Assembly: GCA_942493315.1 (NCBI GenBank)
Contig: OW818690.1
Location: 942,696 to 1,006,695 of the forward strand
Source of the DNA: an uncultured Bacteroidota bacterium
Lineage (GTDB): Bacteria; Bacteroidota; Bacteroidia; Bacteroidales; WCHB1-69
Direction of reading: 5' to 3'
DNA length: 64,000 nt
Part shown: positions 55,785 through 63,739 of the stretch, piece after piece
How positions within the stretch are numbered: the stretch's first letter is position 1
Layout: the number at the start of each line of letters is the position of its first letter
The notes under the pieces: generated by a model
Seen by the model: the letters and a program-made list of their open reading frames with translations, nothing else
Databases searched by the model: none
Told to the model about the DNA's origin: nothing
Position numbers and translations under genes: made by a program

Positions 55785-56014
55785 GATCGGTTTCAATTCG
55801 GGCATGATCGGTTTCAATTTAGTCATGGTCGGTTTCAAATTGAGCATGATCGGCTTCAAATTGATCATGATCGGCTTCAATTCGGGCATGATCGGTTTCA
55901 AATTGAGCATGGTGGGTTTCAATTCGGGCATGATCGGTTTCAAATTGGGGGTGGGCGGTTTCAATTGAGCATGGTGGGTTTCAAATTGGGGGTGGTGGGG
56001 TTCAAGTTGGGCAT
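55785..56014 (+). repeat. Tandem array of 11 units of 21 nt (one unit is 20 nt), consensus gatcggtttcaa(a)tt(c/g)(g/a)gcat
   Basis: I parsed the units manually. They are contiguous with no spacers. Six units start with GATC and one further GATC lies inside unit 4. Confidence 0.9.
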
Positions 56015-56131
56015 AAGTGACTGCTGGCTGGAAGTGCTGATTGTCTAAGAGTACAGGTGATATGAGCCTTGTTTTGGCTTCATTCTGAAGTAAAAATAAA
56101 ATTATTATTCACAATCAAAAAAATTTCAGTT

Positions 56132-56278
56132 ATGGCAAAAAAGTATTTCCTAACCGAGACAGAAATGTTGGAGCAGTTTAGAATCTCCTTCGACAATGCA
56201 AAAAATCAAACAGAAATCGCAACCATTATGGCGGAGTTCGGATACGATTCCGCAGTGATGAAGGCACTGAAGGGCTAA
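56132..56278 (+). pseudogene. Short ORF, probably a 5' gene fragment truncated by repeat modules
   Basis: MAKKYFLTETEMLEQFRISFDNAKNQTEIATIMAEFGYDSAVMKALKG* runs straight into the ggctaatgg repeat block. Confidence 0.2.
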
Positions 56279-56299
56279 GGGCAAAAGGCTAATGGCCAA

Positions 56300-56399
56300 G
56301 GGATAGGGGAGACCTTGTTCCTTTTCTTTTATTTATCCATTAGTTATAAGGTTTTAGGTTTTGGGTATTGGTTTTTTAGAAAATTTTCATTTTTCATTC
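56300..56399 (+). repeat. Repeat R-B copy 2
   Basis: Near-identical to 41695-41786 and in the same orientation. Confidence 0.7.
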
Positions 56400-56410
56400 T
56401 TCATTATTTT

Positions 56411-56599
56411 GGCATCGGCGTTTTGATACGAAGCTATTTATTTCTTCGATTCATTCATTTATCGTAAAGGCGCTTCTACTCAACGACCTTAGATTTCCCC
56501 ATATATCACTGAACAAAGGTCGCTGAGTAGAAACCGCATTTTAGACAAAACCTTAAAAATAAGACAAATCAGGTTTCGTATCGAAGCGCCGACGCTATG
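56411..56599. repeat. Nested imperfect inverted repeat (long hairpin or MITE-like)
   Basis: Outer arms are ggcatcggcgttttgatacgaagc (56411-56434) and gtttcgtatcgaagcgccgacgctatg (56573-56599). Inner arms are ttctactcaacgacctt (about 56474-56490) and aaggtcgctgagtagaa (about 56517-56533). Confidence 0.55.
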
Positions 56600-56607
56600 A
56601 ACGAAAC

Positions 56608-56816
56608 GGCATTAGGGCGGAGGCCAAGTACCCCGCAAGTTGAACAGCTTAGTGGTGCACGAGACGGGCAGAGCGACGAAGGAGCTCCTGCACGGCCGAT
56701 GCACCACTTGCTGTGAAACGAGGAGTACAGGCCGGAGACCGACCCTTTGGCAAGCGACGGGGATCGTTTTCGGGTGGGTGAAAGTGGGGTTGAGCGCAGA
56801 CAAAGGGGAATGCCCT
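56608..56816 (-). repeat. GC-rich repeat family A, copy A3 (most complete, minus orientation)
   Basis: The reverse complement starts agggcattcccc, contains gtcggtctccggcc and aggagctc, and ends ..ctaagctgttcaacttgcggggtacttggcctccgccctaatgcc. Confidence 0.6.
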
Positions 56817-57116
56817 GAATAGTGAATAACTAATAGTGAATAGTTTTTGAAGTAAAAAGTAAGAAGTAAAAAGTAAAAAGTTACATTTTTCATTCGCCTT
56901 TCGCCCTAATGGAACACGGATGCCGCGGATTTTCAAACGCGGATTTAAACGGATTCTTTTTGGTTCACTAAGTTTCTCGAAGTTTTAACAAAGCTAAAGA
57001 AGATCTATTTTGTGAAACTTTTTTAAGCTTCTTTTAACGTTGAGCTTCAAAAACCGTGAGTGTGCCAAAACCATGAAAAGTAGGAATGCGTTTGTGGATT
57101 ATTCAAAAAAATTTTT

Positions 57117-57124
57117 TACTTTTG
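57117..57124 (+). promoter_or_regulatory. -7 promoter box (TACTTTTG)
   Basis: TAnnTTTG match 35 nt upstream of the ATG at 57159. Confidence 0.35.
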
Positions 57125-57158
57125 TTTTGTAATTAAGTAAATAATCAATTAATAGGCT

Positions 57159-57581
57159 ATGTTTGATCAACTGCATAAATATAAAGAGAATGACCATTTC
57201 TTTTTGACACCGAAAACGGAATTAGAAACAGAATGCAATGCGCCAAAGGATAAGTCGGGTGTTTTTTTAATCTTTGAATTAAAAAACGGTCGGATAGAGT
57301 TGGTCTATTTGGGAAGCACTGAAATTAAAGATCTTGAAACAGCTATGCCCGGTGAAATACCTAATTTATTTGATACTATTGTTAATGGGGTACAATTTGG
57401 AGATCAGAGAAAAATATCATTCAAACAGAAACAGATGGATGAAAAAGTGGATGCGTATGATATTTATTGGTACGTCACTATCAATGACACCATCAAAGAT
57501 AGTCCTACGATGGTGAAGGAGAAAATCTTAAAATATTACAAAAGTATTTACGGCAAATTCCCCCGCTGGAATAGAGGATAA
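57159..57581 (+). CDS. Hypothetical protein, possibly GIY-YIG-like
   Basis: KSGVFLIFELKNGRIELVYLGST resembles the GIY..YIG strand pair, and a C-terminal ..PRWN is present. The evidence is weak. Confidence 0.3.
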   Translation: MFDQLHKYKENDHFFLTPKTELETECNAPKDKSGVFLIFELKNGRIELVYLGSTEIKDLETAMPGEIPNLFDTIVNGVQFGDQRKISFKQKQMDEKVDAYDIYWYVTINDTIKDSPTMVKEKILKYYKSIYGKFPRWNRG

Positions 57582-57593
57582 CCGTGCCAAAAA

Positions 57594-58292
57594 TCACATT
57601 ACCTTCACTACTCCGACGACCTGGTAGAGGCTTCTGATCTGGGATTTGTCGGTGAATATGGGTGGGTAGAGCTGGTCGTTTTCGGATACCAGCTTGTATT
57701 TGGTTTCGTTGGTGTCATCAGGATAGATGCGGCACACCTGGATGTGATTGGTGAACTTGATGATATACACCTTGCCCCAGTAAATCTGCTCCTCTTTGGA
57801 GACTTTTCTGCACGCAATGAGGTCTCCGGAGTTTAAATAGGGATTCATCGAGTCACCGGATATTTTTAGGAGAAACTGGGAGCCCTGATCCTCAAATTCC
57901 CGAATGTAATAATAGCTTTCTTTTTCCTGAATCTCTTCTTCGCTTAATTTGGGGTATTTAACAACATCATCATGGCTCAATAAGGGTAATCCGATTTTCT
58001 TGAGTACCATGTTTTTCAGAAATGTGTTGGGCATTTCGGAAACATTTTGGGATAAAAGTGCATCGTTTTTCAGCATACTACCAGAACCGGAAATCCAAAC
58101 TTTATTTATATTTTGATCCAATGCACAGAGCTTGTCTATGAATGATTTTGATAGCGAAACTTTACCATTTAAAATCTGAGAAAAATAAGATTTTTCGTAG
58201 CCTAACCGTTCAGCGATTTCTGCATCATTTTTCCCATACTCCTGAAAAATATACCAATTTACTAATTTTCTGACACGCTGTAAATCAAACAT
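57594..58292 (-). CDS. XRE-HTH + S24 peptidase (LexA/cI-like) repressor
   Basis: N-terminal HTH IAERLGYEKSYFSQILNGK. The C-terminal S24 domain has the Ser motif GDSMNP and a downstream Lys (ACRKV). Confidence 0.8.
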   Translation of the reverse strand: MFDLQRVRKLVNWYIFQEYGKNDAEIAERLGYEKSYFSQILNGKVSLSKSFIDKLCALDQNINKVWISGSGSMLKNDALLSQNVSEMPNTFLKNMVLKKIGLPLLSHDDVVKYPKLSEEEIQEKESYYYIREFEDQGSQFLLKISGDSMNPYLNSGDLIACRKVSKEEQIYWGKVYIIKFTNHIQVCRIYPDDTNETKYKLVSENDQLYPPIFTDKSQIRSLYQVVGVVKVM

Positions 58293-58361
58293 TTAAAAAT
58301 TTTATTTATATAAATATAAACTTAGTTTATATTAATGATTTTGTAATCCAAATAAAGTTTA

Positions 58362-58369
58362 TATCTTTG
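58362..58369 (+). promoter_or_regulatory. -7 promoter box (TATCTTTG) divergent from the S24 repressor gene
   Basis: TAnnTTTG match. It overlaps the second copy of the repeated word agtttatat (58324-58332 and 58356-58364). Confidence 0.4.
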
Positions 58370-58557
58370 CATTGTTATTCCAAAGAAGTAAACGTATTCA
58401 AATATACTAAATATTCTAAATGAACAACTTACATAATATAAGAAAAATTAAAAATAGATCTCCCCATTCCCGGAAATCGTATGATATAACTCGTGAACGG
58501 AGTTGAACCCCTATCTCATGAAAGGTTTCTTTTCGTGAATAGCTTAGTGTGATTATG

Positions 58558-58587
58558 GAGCGGGGGTAGTGCCCCGCTCTTCTTTTT
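58558..58587 (+). terminator. Plus-strand Rho-independent terminator closing an unannotated transcript of about 215 nt
   Basis: Stem gagcgggg (58558-58565) / ccccgctc (58572-58579), then ttcttttt. In the minus orientation no U-tract follows the hairpin. Confidence 0.55.
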
Positions 58588-58608
58588 GTCCAAAATAGTG
58601 ATGGTTTT

Positions 58609-61128
58609 CTAAAATAGGGATCCGATCTGATATACCAAAAAGGAGACTAACCAGGCTAATGCTGTTGTGTAAGTCATTAGTATGATCGCCCACTTGCGGT
58701 TCGATTCACGCCTTACTGCAGTTACTACTGCTATACAGGGGAAGTAGATCAAGACAAATAACATAAATCCAAAGGCTACTAATGGGGTGAACACTTTTTG
58801 TCCTTGAAGCGGCCCACTTTGATGTACCTGATTTTGTAACCCTTTTATTAAAGAGGTGGAGTGCTCATTCGCATCAACATCAGCCTGATACAACACGCCC
58901 ATGGTGCTCACTACAATCTCTTTGGCGGCTAATCCACTGAAAATGCTGACTCCCATTTTCCAATCAAATCCCAACGGCTCCATTACCGGTTCCATGAAGT
59001 GCCCAATCTGCCCAATGTATGATTTTTCTTGTTGTTCCGCCTTTTTTTGCACCTTCAACAAGCTGATCGCCGCATCTTTATCCTTTTGTTGTAGCGTGGT
59101 ATCGATTTCGGTCTGTACCATCAACTGATCATAGTTTTTGGAGTATTCGATATTCTTAGGGAAATAACCTAATGCCCAGATGATGATGGAAGCAATTAAG
59201 ATGATGGTTCCCATTTTTTGAAGATAGGCTCTCGCTTTGTACCACATGTGGATTCCGGTATTTTTCAAAGTTGGAATTCTGTATGGGGGTAACTCCATAA
59301 CGAAAGGAACCTCTTTTTTGGCAAAGGCTACCTTTTTCATAAATATAGCTACGATGATTGATAACAAAATGCCAATCAGATAGATAGAAAACAGGATCAA
59401 CCCTTGTTGTACGGGAAAGAATGCGGAGATGAGCAGCACATAAACAGGTAGTCTGGCGCTGCACGACATAAACGGGATGATCATCATGGTAAGCAATCGG
59501 TCGTTTTTGTTTTCTAGTGTTCGGGTGGCCATGATGGCGGGTACATTGCATCCAAAACCCATAATGAGCGGAATAAATGACTTGCCGTGTAATCCGATGA
59601 GGTGCATCATTTTATCCATGATAAATGCGGTTCTGGCCATGTATCCGGTATCTTCCATCAATGAGATGAAAAAGAAAAGAATCAGAATATTTGGGAGGAA
59701 AATGATCACGCCACCTACTCCTCCAATCACACCATCCACCAGAAGATCGCGGAAGGCCGTTTCAGGCATGGAGGATTTGAGAAAATCACTCAACAAGGAA
59801 ACACCCGATTCGATCCAGTGCATCGGGTAGCTGCCCACCACAAAAGTAGCCTGGAACATCAAAAAGATGATCAGCAAAAAGATGGGAAAACCCCAATATT
59901 TGTGGGTCAGAATATCATCCAGCTTGCGCACTTTACCGTGTGTTTTTTGAGGTTTTTTGAATGTTTCCTTCAAAGCGCCATCTATAAAGCCGTATTTGGC
60001 ATCGGTGATGATGGTTTCGGTAGGTTCCGCAAACTCACTCTCTAACATTTTGATCACTTTGTGTGTGCCGGTTTCAATTTCCTTAAAATTGGGCACCTCT
60101 TTTAACAGATCTAAAGTGGTTTTATCTTTTTCGATCAGCTTGATCGCTAAGTAGCGGGATGAGAATTTGTCGGTGATCGCTTTATTTTTCTTGATCGGTT
60201 CCTGAATCTCCCGAATTCCCGATTCAATCATCTCTCCATAATTGATGTGGATGTGTCTTACGGTAGTATCGTGATCTTCGAAAACATCGATCACCTTATT
60301 GAAAAGCTTCTCAATCCCTTTTCCTTTATAGGCGACTGTAGGAATAACGGGGATTCCGATCATCTTTCCAAAAAGAGAATAATCGAATTTCACTTTCGTT
60401 TTTTCCAGTTCATCATACATATTCAAGGCGATCACCACTTTGATGTTCATGTCGATCAGTTGGGTGGTAAGGTACAGATTGCGTTCCAGATTAGAAGCAT
60501 CGATCACATTCACCACCACATCGGGCATTTTGTCGAGGATATGGTTCCGCACGTACAATTCTTCCGGTGTATATTCGGTAATGGAGTAGGTCCCGGGAAG
60601 GTCCACGACATTAAACTTGTATCCGTTTTGTGTCAAAGAGCCCTGTTTGGCCTCAACGGTAACGCCGCTATAGTTCCCCACTCGTTCATGGGATCCGGAA
60701 GCCTGGTTAAATAGGGTTGTTTTTCCGCAATTGGGGTTTCCAACGAGGGCAATATTGATGATTTTTCCATTTTCAGGAATGGAGGAGAACCGTTGTTCCT
60801 CATCCATAGTTCCGTTATAATGATCATGTGCATTATCTTGGTACTCCGAAAACGGCACCACCATCACCAGGTTAGCTTCACTGCGGCGCAAAGAGATGTT
60901 GTACCCCATAATTTCGTACTCAACAGGATCCATCATGGGGGCATTTTTGATCACGGTAACGGTTTTTCCTTTCACAAACCCCATTTCAGTGATTCTTTTC
61001 CGGAAAGCGCCGTGTCCTAACACTTTGATGATGACTGCTTTTTCTCCCGGTTTCAGATCCGCAAGAAAGTGATCCTGAGCAGTATGATCATGGTGATGAG
61101 ATTTGTGTTTATGTATATGATGATTCAT
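58609..61128 (-). CDS. feoB: FeoA-FeoB fusion ferrous iron transporter
   Basis: His-rich N-terminus, a FeoA-like SH3 segment (GEKAVIIKV..GFVKGKTVTVI), G-domain motifs GNPNCGKTTLFN and DLPGTYS, and a polytopic C-terminal domain. Confidence 0.9.
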   Translation of the reverse strand: MNHHIHKHKSHHHDHTAQDHFLADLKPGEKAVIIKVLGHGAFRKRITEMGFVKGKTVTVIKNAPMMDPVEYEIMGYNISLRRSEANLVMVVPFSEYQDNAHDHYNGTMDEEQRFSSIPENGKIINIALVGNPNCGKTTLFNQASGSHERVGNYSGVTVEAKQGSLTQNGYKFNVVDLPGTYSITEYTPEELYVRNHILDKMPDVVVNVIDASNLERNLYLTTQLIDMNIKVVIALNMYDELEKTKVKFDYSLFGKMIGIPVIPTVAYKGKGIEKLFNKVIDVFEDHDTTVRHIHINYGEMIESGIREIQEPIKKNKAITDKFSSRYLAIKLIEKDKTTLDLLKEVPNFKEIETGTHKVIKMLESEFAEPTETIITDAKYGFIDGALKETFKKPQKTHGKVRKLDDILTHKYWGFPIFLLIIFLMFQATFVVGSYPMHWIESGVSLLSDFLKSSMPETAFRDLLVDGVIGGVGGVIIFLPNILILFFFISLMEDTGYMARTAFIMDKMMHLIGLHGKSFIPLIMGFGCNVPAIMATRTLENKNDRLLTMMIIPFMSCSARLPVYVLLISAFFPVQQGLILFSIYLIGILLSIIVAIFMKKVAFAKKEVPFVMELPPYRIPTLKNTGIHMWYKARAYLQKMGTIILIASIIIWALGYFPKNIEYSKNYDQLMVQTEIDTTLQQKDKDAAISLLKVQKKAEQQEKSYIGQIGHFMEPVMEPLGFDWKMGVSIFSGLAAKEIVVSTMGVLYQADVDANEHSTSLIKGLQNQVHQSGPLQGQKVFTPLVAFGFMLFVLIYFPCIAVVTAVRRESNRKWAIILMTYTTALAWLVSFLVYQIGSLF

Positions 61129-61165
61129 AAAATGATACTTTTTTCAAACGTACAATGAAGTAGTG

Positions 61166-61173
61166 CAAAGGTA
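61166..61173 (-). promoter_or_regulatory. -7 promoter box (TACCTTTG on the minus strand) for feoAB
   Basis: The reverse complement of caaaggta, 38 nt upstream of the ATG at 61128. Confidence 0.4.
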
Positions 61174-61335
61174 CACCGATTCACGATGCAAAATAAATAT
61201 ATTTAGAAAGAGCAAAAGATCCCCAAAAGTGATGAAAAGGGGGGAATCTATATCACTAAAAGTGGGGAGGCGGGGTGGTCATATTTTACACTCGTTTGAA
61301 TTTAAGTTTTTAAAATCGGTTTCATTTTAAAATTG

Positions 61336-61343
61336 TAAATTTG
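61336..61343 (+). promoter_or_regulatory. -7 promoter box (TAAATTTG)
   Basis: TAnnTTTG match 18 nt upstream of the ATG at 61361. Confidence 0.4.
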
Positions 61344-61360
61344 CACCAAATATTATCTCA

Positions 61361-63616
61361 ATGAAAAAATGGTTCCTCCCCCTAATGTTGTTATGCGGAT
61401 TTATTAATCTTTCCGGCCAAACACTCCTTTTTAATAGAGCAACTTCTGAACATACGATTGTGATCCCCGCTCAACCTTCTGAAATAGAGCTTTATGCTGC
61501 CTCAGAAATGCAGAAATACATAATCTATTCCTGTGGCGCCACACTCCCCATTAAAACCGAAGATCAAACAGATTATACCAAAGCTATTTATATCGGAAAA
61601 ACAAAAAAAGCGGAAAAGGTTCTCAAAAATTGTAATCAAATTATAGATGACGGTTTCATCAAATATTCTGATCAAACCGACTTATATATTTACGGAATCA
61701 AAGGAAAAGCTGTATTGTACGGGGTTTATGATTTTTTTGAGACGCAGTTGAATTGTCACCTTTATACTCCTGATGCAATAGACATACAACAATATGGGTT
61801 CTACGTTTTGCCGGCGATCAATGAGCTTAAAAACCCTGATTTTACCTATCGTGAAGTTTTGTATTATTACCCAAATCAATCGGAACTGTATCAGGATTGG
61901 CATCGTTTGCATAATAGAGAGGATATCAAGAAAAATTGGGGAATGTTTGTGCATACTTTCGATAAGCTTATCCCTGTGGAGAAATATTATGTTGAACATC
62001 CGGAATGGTTTTCTGAAATTCATGGGAAAAGAATCAAAGATGGGCAACTCTGTCTGTCTAATCCTGCTGTTTTGGAGGAACTTTGTAAAAATTTAAAGCA
62101 AGAGATGGACCAAAATCCGGAAGCGATCTATTGGTCTGTATCCAATAATGATAATATGAATAACTGTAATTGTAAGAATTGCAGAAGGTTAGACTCACTA
62201 TATGGAGCACCATCGGGAACTTTACTGTACTTTATCAATCAGGTAGCTGTTCGTTTTCCGGACAAGCAAATATCGACGCTTGCTTATCAATATACGCGAA
62301 AACCACCCCAAAGGATGATCCAGCCGGAACCAAATGTGAATATTATGTTTTGTTCCATTGAGTGTGATCGCTCGATGCCGATTGCTCTCAATCCTGCCGA
62401 ACAATCTTTTGTAGCGGATATGACCGGTTGGAAAAGGATTACAAATAATATTTTTCTCTGGGATTATGTGGTTCAATTCCGCAATATGATGAATCCATTC
62501 CCAAACCTCCATGTTTTGCAACCCAACTTACAATTTTTTCACCAGAATGGGGTGATGTTGATGTTTGAGCAAGGTACAGGACCGAACAACAAAACTTCCT
62601 GGATGGAATTGCGTACTTACATCATTGCTAAACTATTATGGGATATCAATGCAGATGTTGATCAGATTACCAATGAATTTATCACCGGATATTATCAAAA
62701 AGCAGCACCATTTATTAAAGAGTATTATCAACTCAATGAAGACGCTGTAGGTAAAGGTGGGGTGCGTCTTGATATTTATGGGTATCCAATTCATGGTTCC
62801 AAAACCTATTTAACGCCGGAGTTGATCAAAAAATATGAAGAATTGTTCCTTCAAGCCTACAAAGCAGAAGATAAGCCTTCTGTTCAGGACAGGATCCGAT
62901 ATCTCGAATTATCTTTAGATTTTGCTAAGATTGAATTGTCCATGAGTGAAATAGCTCCTGAACTTTCCTTTTTTGTTATCATTAAAGGGGAAAAGGTGGT
63001 CAAACCGGCCATGTTGAAGTTAGTAGATCGTTTTGTTGAGGATTGTAAAAAGTTTGGAATCAATAATTTAGAAGAGAGTGGTTATACTCCGGAACAATTT
63101 AAAGCCAATGTTTTAAATTTTGTTCAAAAGTCGGTAGCCAAAAATTATGCAAAAGAAAAAAAAATCAAATTAAAAACAAAGTTTAGTGATCAGTACAATC
63201 GGGGAGGAGCAGAAGCTTTGTTAGATGGAAATTTTGGCATTCTCAATTACAATCAGAATTGGCTGGGATTTCTGCAACAAGACTTTGAAGCTGTTATTGA
63301 CTTAGAAAACAAGCAAAAAATAGATAAAATCAGTATCGATTTTTACTTTTATCCATTATCGTGGATATTTGTTCCAGAAAATGTTGAATTTTATGTATCC
63401 AAAGATGGTAAAAAATGGGAAAAAGTGTATCAGGAAGAATATAAAAATCCTGAAATTTTAGCAAAAGCATCCATTAAAAAGTTTGAAAAAACGGGTATTC
63501 AACAAGAGGTCAGATATGTAAAAGTGAAAGCAAAAGCGATCAAAACCAATCCGGAATGGCATAGAGGTTATGGGCAACCTTGTTGGATTTTCACGGATGA
63601 AATCTTAGTACAATAA
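61361..63616 (+). CDS. Secreted DUF4838-like glycoside-hydrolase-related protein with a C-terminal discoidin (F5/8 type C)-like domain
   Basis: Signal peptide. The N-terminal pattern (IVIP..A.EL..Y) and overall layout resemble Bacteroidota DUF4838 proteins. The C-terminal 150 aa are beta-sandwich-like (..LLDGNFG..W.GF....). Confidence 0.5.
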   Translation: MKKWFLPLMLLCGFINLSGQTLLFNRATSEHTIVIPAQPSEIELYAASEMQKYIIYSCGATLPIKTEDQTDYTKAIYIGKTKKAEKVLKNCNQIIDDGFIKYSDQTDLYIYGIKGKAVLYGVYDFFETQLNCHLYTPDAIDIQQYGFYVLPAINELKNPDFTYREVLYYYPNQSELYQDWHRLHNREDIKKNWGMFVHTFDKLIPVEKYYVEHPEWFSEIHGKRIKDGQLCLSNPAVLEELCKNLKQEMDQNPEAIYWSVSNNDNMNNCNCKNCRRLDSLYGAPSGTLLYFINQVAVRFPDKQISTLAYQYTRKPPQRMIQPEPNVNIMFCSIECDRSMPIALNPAEQSFVADMTGWKRITNNIFLWDYVVQFRNMMNPFPNLHVLQPNLQFFHQNGVMLMFEQGTGPNNKTSWMELRTYIIAKLLWDINADVDQITNEFITGYYQKAAPFIKEYYQLNEDAVGKGGVRLDIYGYPIHGSKTYLTPELIKKYEELFLQAYKAEDKPSVQDRIRYLELSLDFAKIELSMSEIAPELSFFVIIKGEKVVKPAMLKLVDRFVEDCKKFGINNLEESGYTPEQFKANVLNFVQKSVAKNYAKEKKIKLKTKFSDQYNRGGAEALLDGNFGILNYNQNWLGFLQQDFEAVIDLENKQKIDKISIDFYFYPLSWIFVPENVEFYVSKDGKKWEKVYQEEYKNPEILAKASIKKFEKTGIQQEVRYVKVKAKAIKTNPEWHRGYGQPCWIFTDEILVQ

Positions 63617-63702
63617 ACATTTCATTTTCAGTATGATATATATAATACTGCATTTTAAATAGTTAAATGATAAACGCTTACGTTTTGAATCTCTTTTTTT
63701 TG

Positions 63703-63710
63703 TATATTTG
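63703..63710 (+). promoter_or_regulatory. -7 promoter box (TATATTTG) for prfA
   Basis: TAnnTTTG match 30 nt upstream of the ATG at 63740. Confidence 0.4.
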
Positions 63711-63739
63711 CACCCCTAAAAAACAACGTAATTTAATCA

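Noticed and set aside
55785-56014. Possible CRISPR array
   Set aside because: The 21-nt units are directly contiguous with no unique spacers. They are shorter than CRISPR repeats, and no cas genes are in the window. It is a plain tandem (minisatellite-like) repeat.
55689-56048. Three overlapping ORFs (55689-55964 minus, 55752-56048 plus, 55771-55968 plus) encoding heptad-like peptides
   Set aside because: All three are artefacts of a 21-nt (7-codon) tandem repeat being stop-free in several frames. The mutually exclusive frames and monotonous sequence argue against real genes.
56612-56936. ORFs 56612-56893 and 56649-56936 (minus strand, 93 and 95 aa)
   Set aside because: They lie entirely within the GC-rich family-A repeat and adjacent low-complexity modules. 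They overlap each other in different frames. The same DNA recurs elsewhere without a conserved reading frame.
38200-58300. Calling accessory region 2 a prophage or ICE
   Set aside because: The window contains no integrase, tRNA attachment site, capsid or tail genes, or conjugation genes. Only an S24 repressor and repeats are present. The region is described as accessory and repeat-bounded, not as a defined mobile element.
58558-58587. The hairpin as the feoAB terminator
   Set aside because: In the minus orientation the stem is followed by cataatc rather than a U-tract. The T-tract is on the plus-strand side, so it is assigned to a plus-strand transcript, although some bidirectional activity cannot be excluded.
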